Shown: positions 62,933-64,000 of the stretch, piece by piece | Position numbering within the stretch: the stretch's first letter is position 1 | Layout: each line of letters starts with the position of its first letter | From: Actinobacteria bacterium UBA7524 | GTDB taxonomy: Bacteria; Actinomycetota; Coriobacteriia; Anaerosomatales; UBA912 | DNA: 64,000 nt | Assembly (NCBI GenBank): GCA_002478275.1 | Contig: DLMY01000003.1 | Coordinates: 25,756-89,755, forward strand | Direction of reading: 5' to 3' | The notes under the pieces: generated by a model | Databases searched by the model: none | What the model was told of the DNA's origin: nothing | What the model saw: the letters and a program-made list of their open reading frames with translations, nothing else | Made by a program: the position numbers and the translations under genes

Positions 62933-63288
62933 TGCAGCGCCCCCTTGGACCAGGCGTACATGAGGCCGAGGGCAAGGAACGCCGTGAACACAGCGACTTC
63001 GAGCATGCCGATCCAAGAGCCCCGCAGCGTCGGTGCGACGGCGAAGAGCAGGATGGCTTCAGCGTCGAAGAGGACGAACAGCACCGCGAGGGTGGAGAAG
63101 CGGATGTTCACCGACGCCCAGGGCGTACCCGCCTGTGGCATACCACATTCGTAGGGAGTGAGCTTCTCGTCGGTAGGCCGACGTGGTGACAGCAGATGAT
63201 TCGCACCGAAGACGAGGGCTATGAAGGCGGCGCCGGACACGACGAGTCCAAGCGCGAACAGCACGTTGTCAGCTGCCACTGCCTCCAT
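62920..63288 (-). CDS. nuoA: NADH-quinone oxidoreductase subunit A
   Basis: ..KLTPYECGMP......I.F...A.LF.LFD.E...LF. 122 aa, three helices. Confidence 0.88.
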   Translation of the reverse strand: MEAVAADNVLFALGLVVSGAAFIALVFGANHLLSPRRPTDEKLTPYECGMPQAGTPWASVNIRFSTLAVLFVLFDAEAILLFAVAPTLRGSWIGMLEVAVFTAFLALGLMYAWSKGALQWRL

Positions 63289-63317
63289 GTACTACCCCCT
63301 GCCCGTTCTGTGTCTAT

Positions 63318-63344
63318 GACTTTGTAACACTCCGTTACAAAGTC
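63318..63344. promoter_or_regulatory. Operator-like perfect palindrome 1 in the nuoA leader: GACTTTGTAAC-ACTCC-GTTACAAAGTC
   Basis: 11-bp perfect arms with a 5-nt spacer, 30-56 nt upstream of the nuoA ATG. It is an AT-rich island in GC-rich DNA. Confidence 0.55.
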
Positions 63345-63422
63345 CAGCCGGTGACACATCACCCTTGCAGCTTTCGCCCGGTCACGTGCAGCTCAGCCTG
63401 AGGCGACCGGAGCGAATGCCGC

Positions 63423-63451
63423 ATTGTACGCACATCAGCCCTACTTTGTAA
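63423..63451 (-). promoter_or_regulatory. Predicted sigma-70-type promoter of the nuo operon
   Basis: Minus strand reads TTACAA (63451-63446), a 17-nt spacer, then TACAAT (63428-63423). The -35 element lies inside palindrome 2. The predicted leader is about 125 nt. Confidence 0.5.
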
Positions 63452-63466
63452 ACATTGTTACAAAGT
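63443..63466. promoter_or_regulatory. Operator-like palindrome 2 overlapping the nuo -35 element: ACTTTGTAA-ACATTG-TTACAAAGT
   Basis: Same half-site (ACTTTGTAA / TTACAAAGT) as palindrome 1, with the spacer one nt shorter. The core TTGTAAACATTGTTACAA resembles the Rex box TTGTGAA-N4-TTCACAA or a CRP/FNR-type site TGTnA-N6-TnACA. Confidence 0.5.
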
Positions 63467-63522
63467 GTGTGTGTCCGACGGCCAGAACCGATGGCCCCGC
63501 CGTGGTCCGACACCCCATACGC

Positions 63523-64000
63523 TCAGAGTCCGCTCTCGCACTCCTCGACCTTCGCGGCCAGGACGATCCACTCTCCCTCAAGCGCGCCGAGCCTGGCCTT
63601 CACTGGCCCGTACTCCTGCATCGCGAGGTCGAACGCGTCCTTGTCCGCATACGTGGCTTCATCACCCAGTACTTCGACAAGCTCGTCGTGCCGCCTGCGT
63701 GTGAGCTCAAGCTCGGCCTCGACAGCGTCAAGCCGATCACGAAGCTCGCGTGTGGCGCGATATGCCCTATTGCGGGCCTCGGCCTCAGCGCGCTTACGCT
63801 CCTTGGATTTGGGGCCGGAGATGCCCTCCGGGGCGACACCCGCACCAAGGTCGCCCGGGGACTGGATGCCGGCACCGGCGTCGTTTCGGCGAGAACGACC
63901 ATGGCCGTCAGGTTCACTCTGACCAACCCGTTCGCGCTCGCCGCGCTTGAACAGGTAGTAATCGTAGTCGCCCTCGTAGACCCTGACCCCGCCGTCGGCG
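63523..64000 (-). CDS. C-terminal part of an ABC-F family ATPase (coiled-coil tail); its 5' end lies beyond the window
   Basis: Absent from the ORF track because there is no start inside the window. My translation reads ..ADGGVRVYEGDYDYYLFKRGERE...KSKERKRAEAEARNRAYRATRELRDRLDAVEAELELTRRRHDELVEVLGDEATYADKDAFDLAMQEYGPVKARLGALEGEWIVLAAKVEECESGL* with the stop at 63525-63523. Confidence 0.7.
   Translation of the reverse strand, partial: ADGGVRVYEGDYDYYLFKRGERERVGQSEPDGHGRSRRNDAGAGIQSPGDLGAGVAPEGISGPKSKERKRAEAEARNRAYRATRELRDRLDAVEAELELTRRRHDELVEVLGDEATYADKDAFDLAMQEYGPVKARLGALEGEWIVLAAKVEECESGL

Noticed and set aside
1-64000. Search for CRISPR arrays, transposases, integrases, phage genes or defence-system genes
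   Set aside because: I saw no repeat-spacer periodicity, no IS-like terminal inverted repeats and no recombinase-like translations. The window is core housekeeping DNA, so any novelty lies in gene architecture and regulation rather than in an accessory island.

Overview
GC-rich chromosomal core segment that looks like Actinomycetota. Two things support this: a LexA box of the form TCGAAC-N4-GTTCGA, and Nif3 / COG1579 zinc-ribbon / RNase HI synteny as in M. tuberculosis Rv2230c-Rv2228c. I support about 60 protein genes. Every gene from nuoA (63.3 kb) down to rpe (22.9 kb) is on the minus strand, and many are joined by 4-nt ATGA/GTGA start/stop overlaps.

Contents in window order:
- partial ChlI/BchI-type chelatase ATPase
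- acidic PE-repeat protein with a C-terminal 4-Cys motif
- nfo
- dinB, convergent with an SOS-box-controlled unit of a small ORF plus dnaE2 (no imuA/imuB)
- DtxR-family regulator plus feoB (no feoA)
- a promoter-led candidate structured sRNA
- queD
- RNase HI / zinc ribbon / Nif3
- PHP phosphatase
- Rrf2-iscS-iscU-mnmA
- FMN-riboswitch-controlled ribD-ribE-ribBA-ribH
- secreted SNase-like lipoprotein
- rpe, gpsA, plsY, der
- DUF512 radical-SAM/PDZ protein
- ispH, plsC, cmk
- aroA, tyrA, DAHP synthase, hisC
- cobU-cobT-cobS-cobC
- rluB, scpB, scpA, trpS
- CPA2 antiporter
- M50 protease
- DHH-CBS-CCA enzyme
- pdp, deoB
- an orphan PilB/MshE-type ATPase with a perfect MshEN c-di-GMP motif, next to a FlgM-like protein
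- an 11-gene nuoABCDHIJKLMN operon

The strongest candidate for an undescribed system is in the nuo operon. It has no nuoE/F/G. Its nuoI gene carries an in-frame insertion of about 480 aa that encodes a complete GltD/NfnB-like NAD(P)H-flavin-FeS module. Twin palindromic operators sit in the operon's promoter.

I found no rRNA, tRNA, CRISPR array or mobile element. Start codons were re-picked by hand where the ORF track over-extends. All functional calls come from reading the translations, not from database searches.
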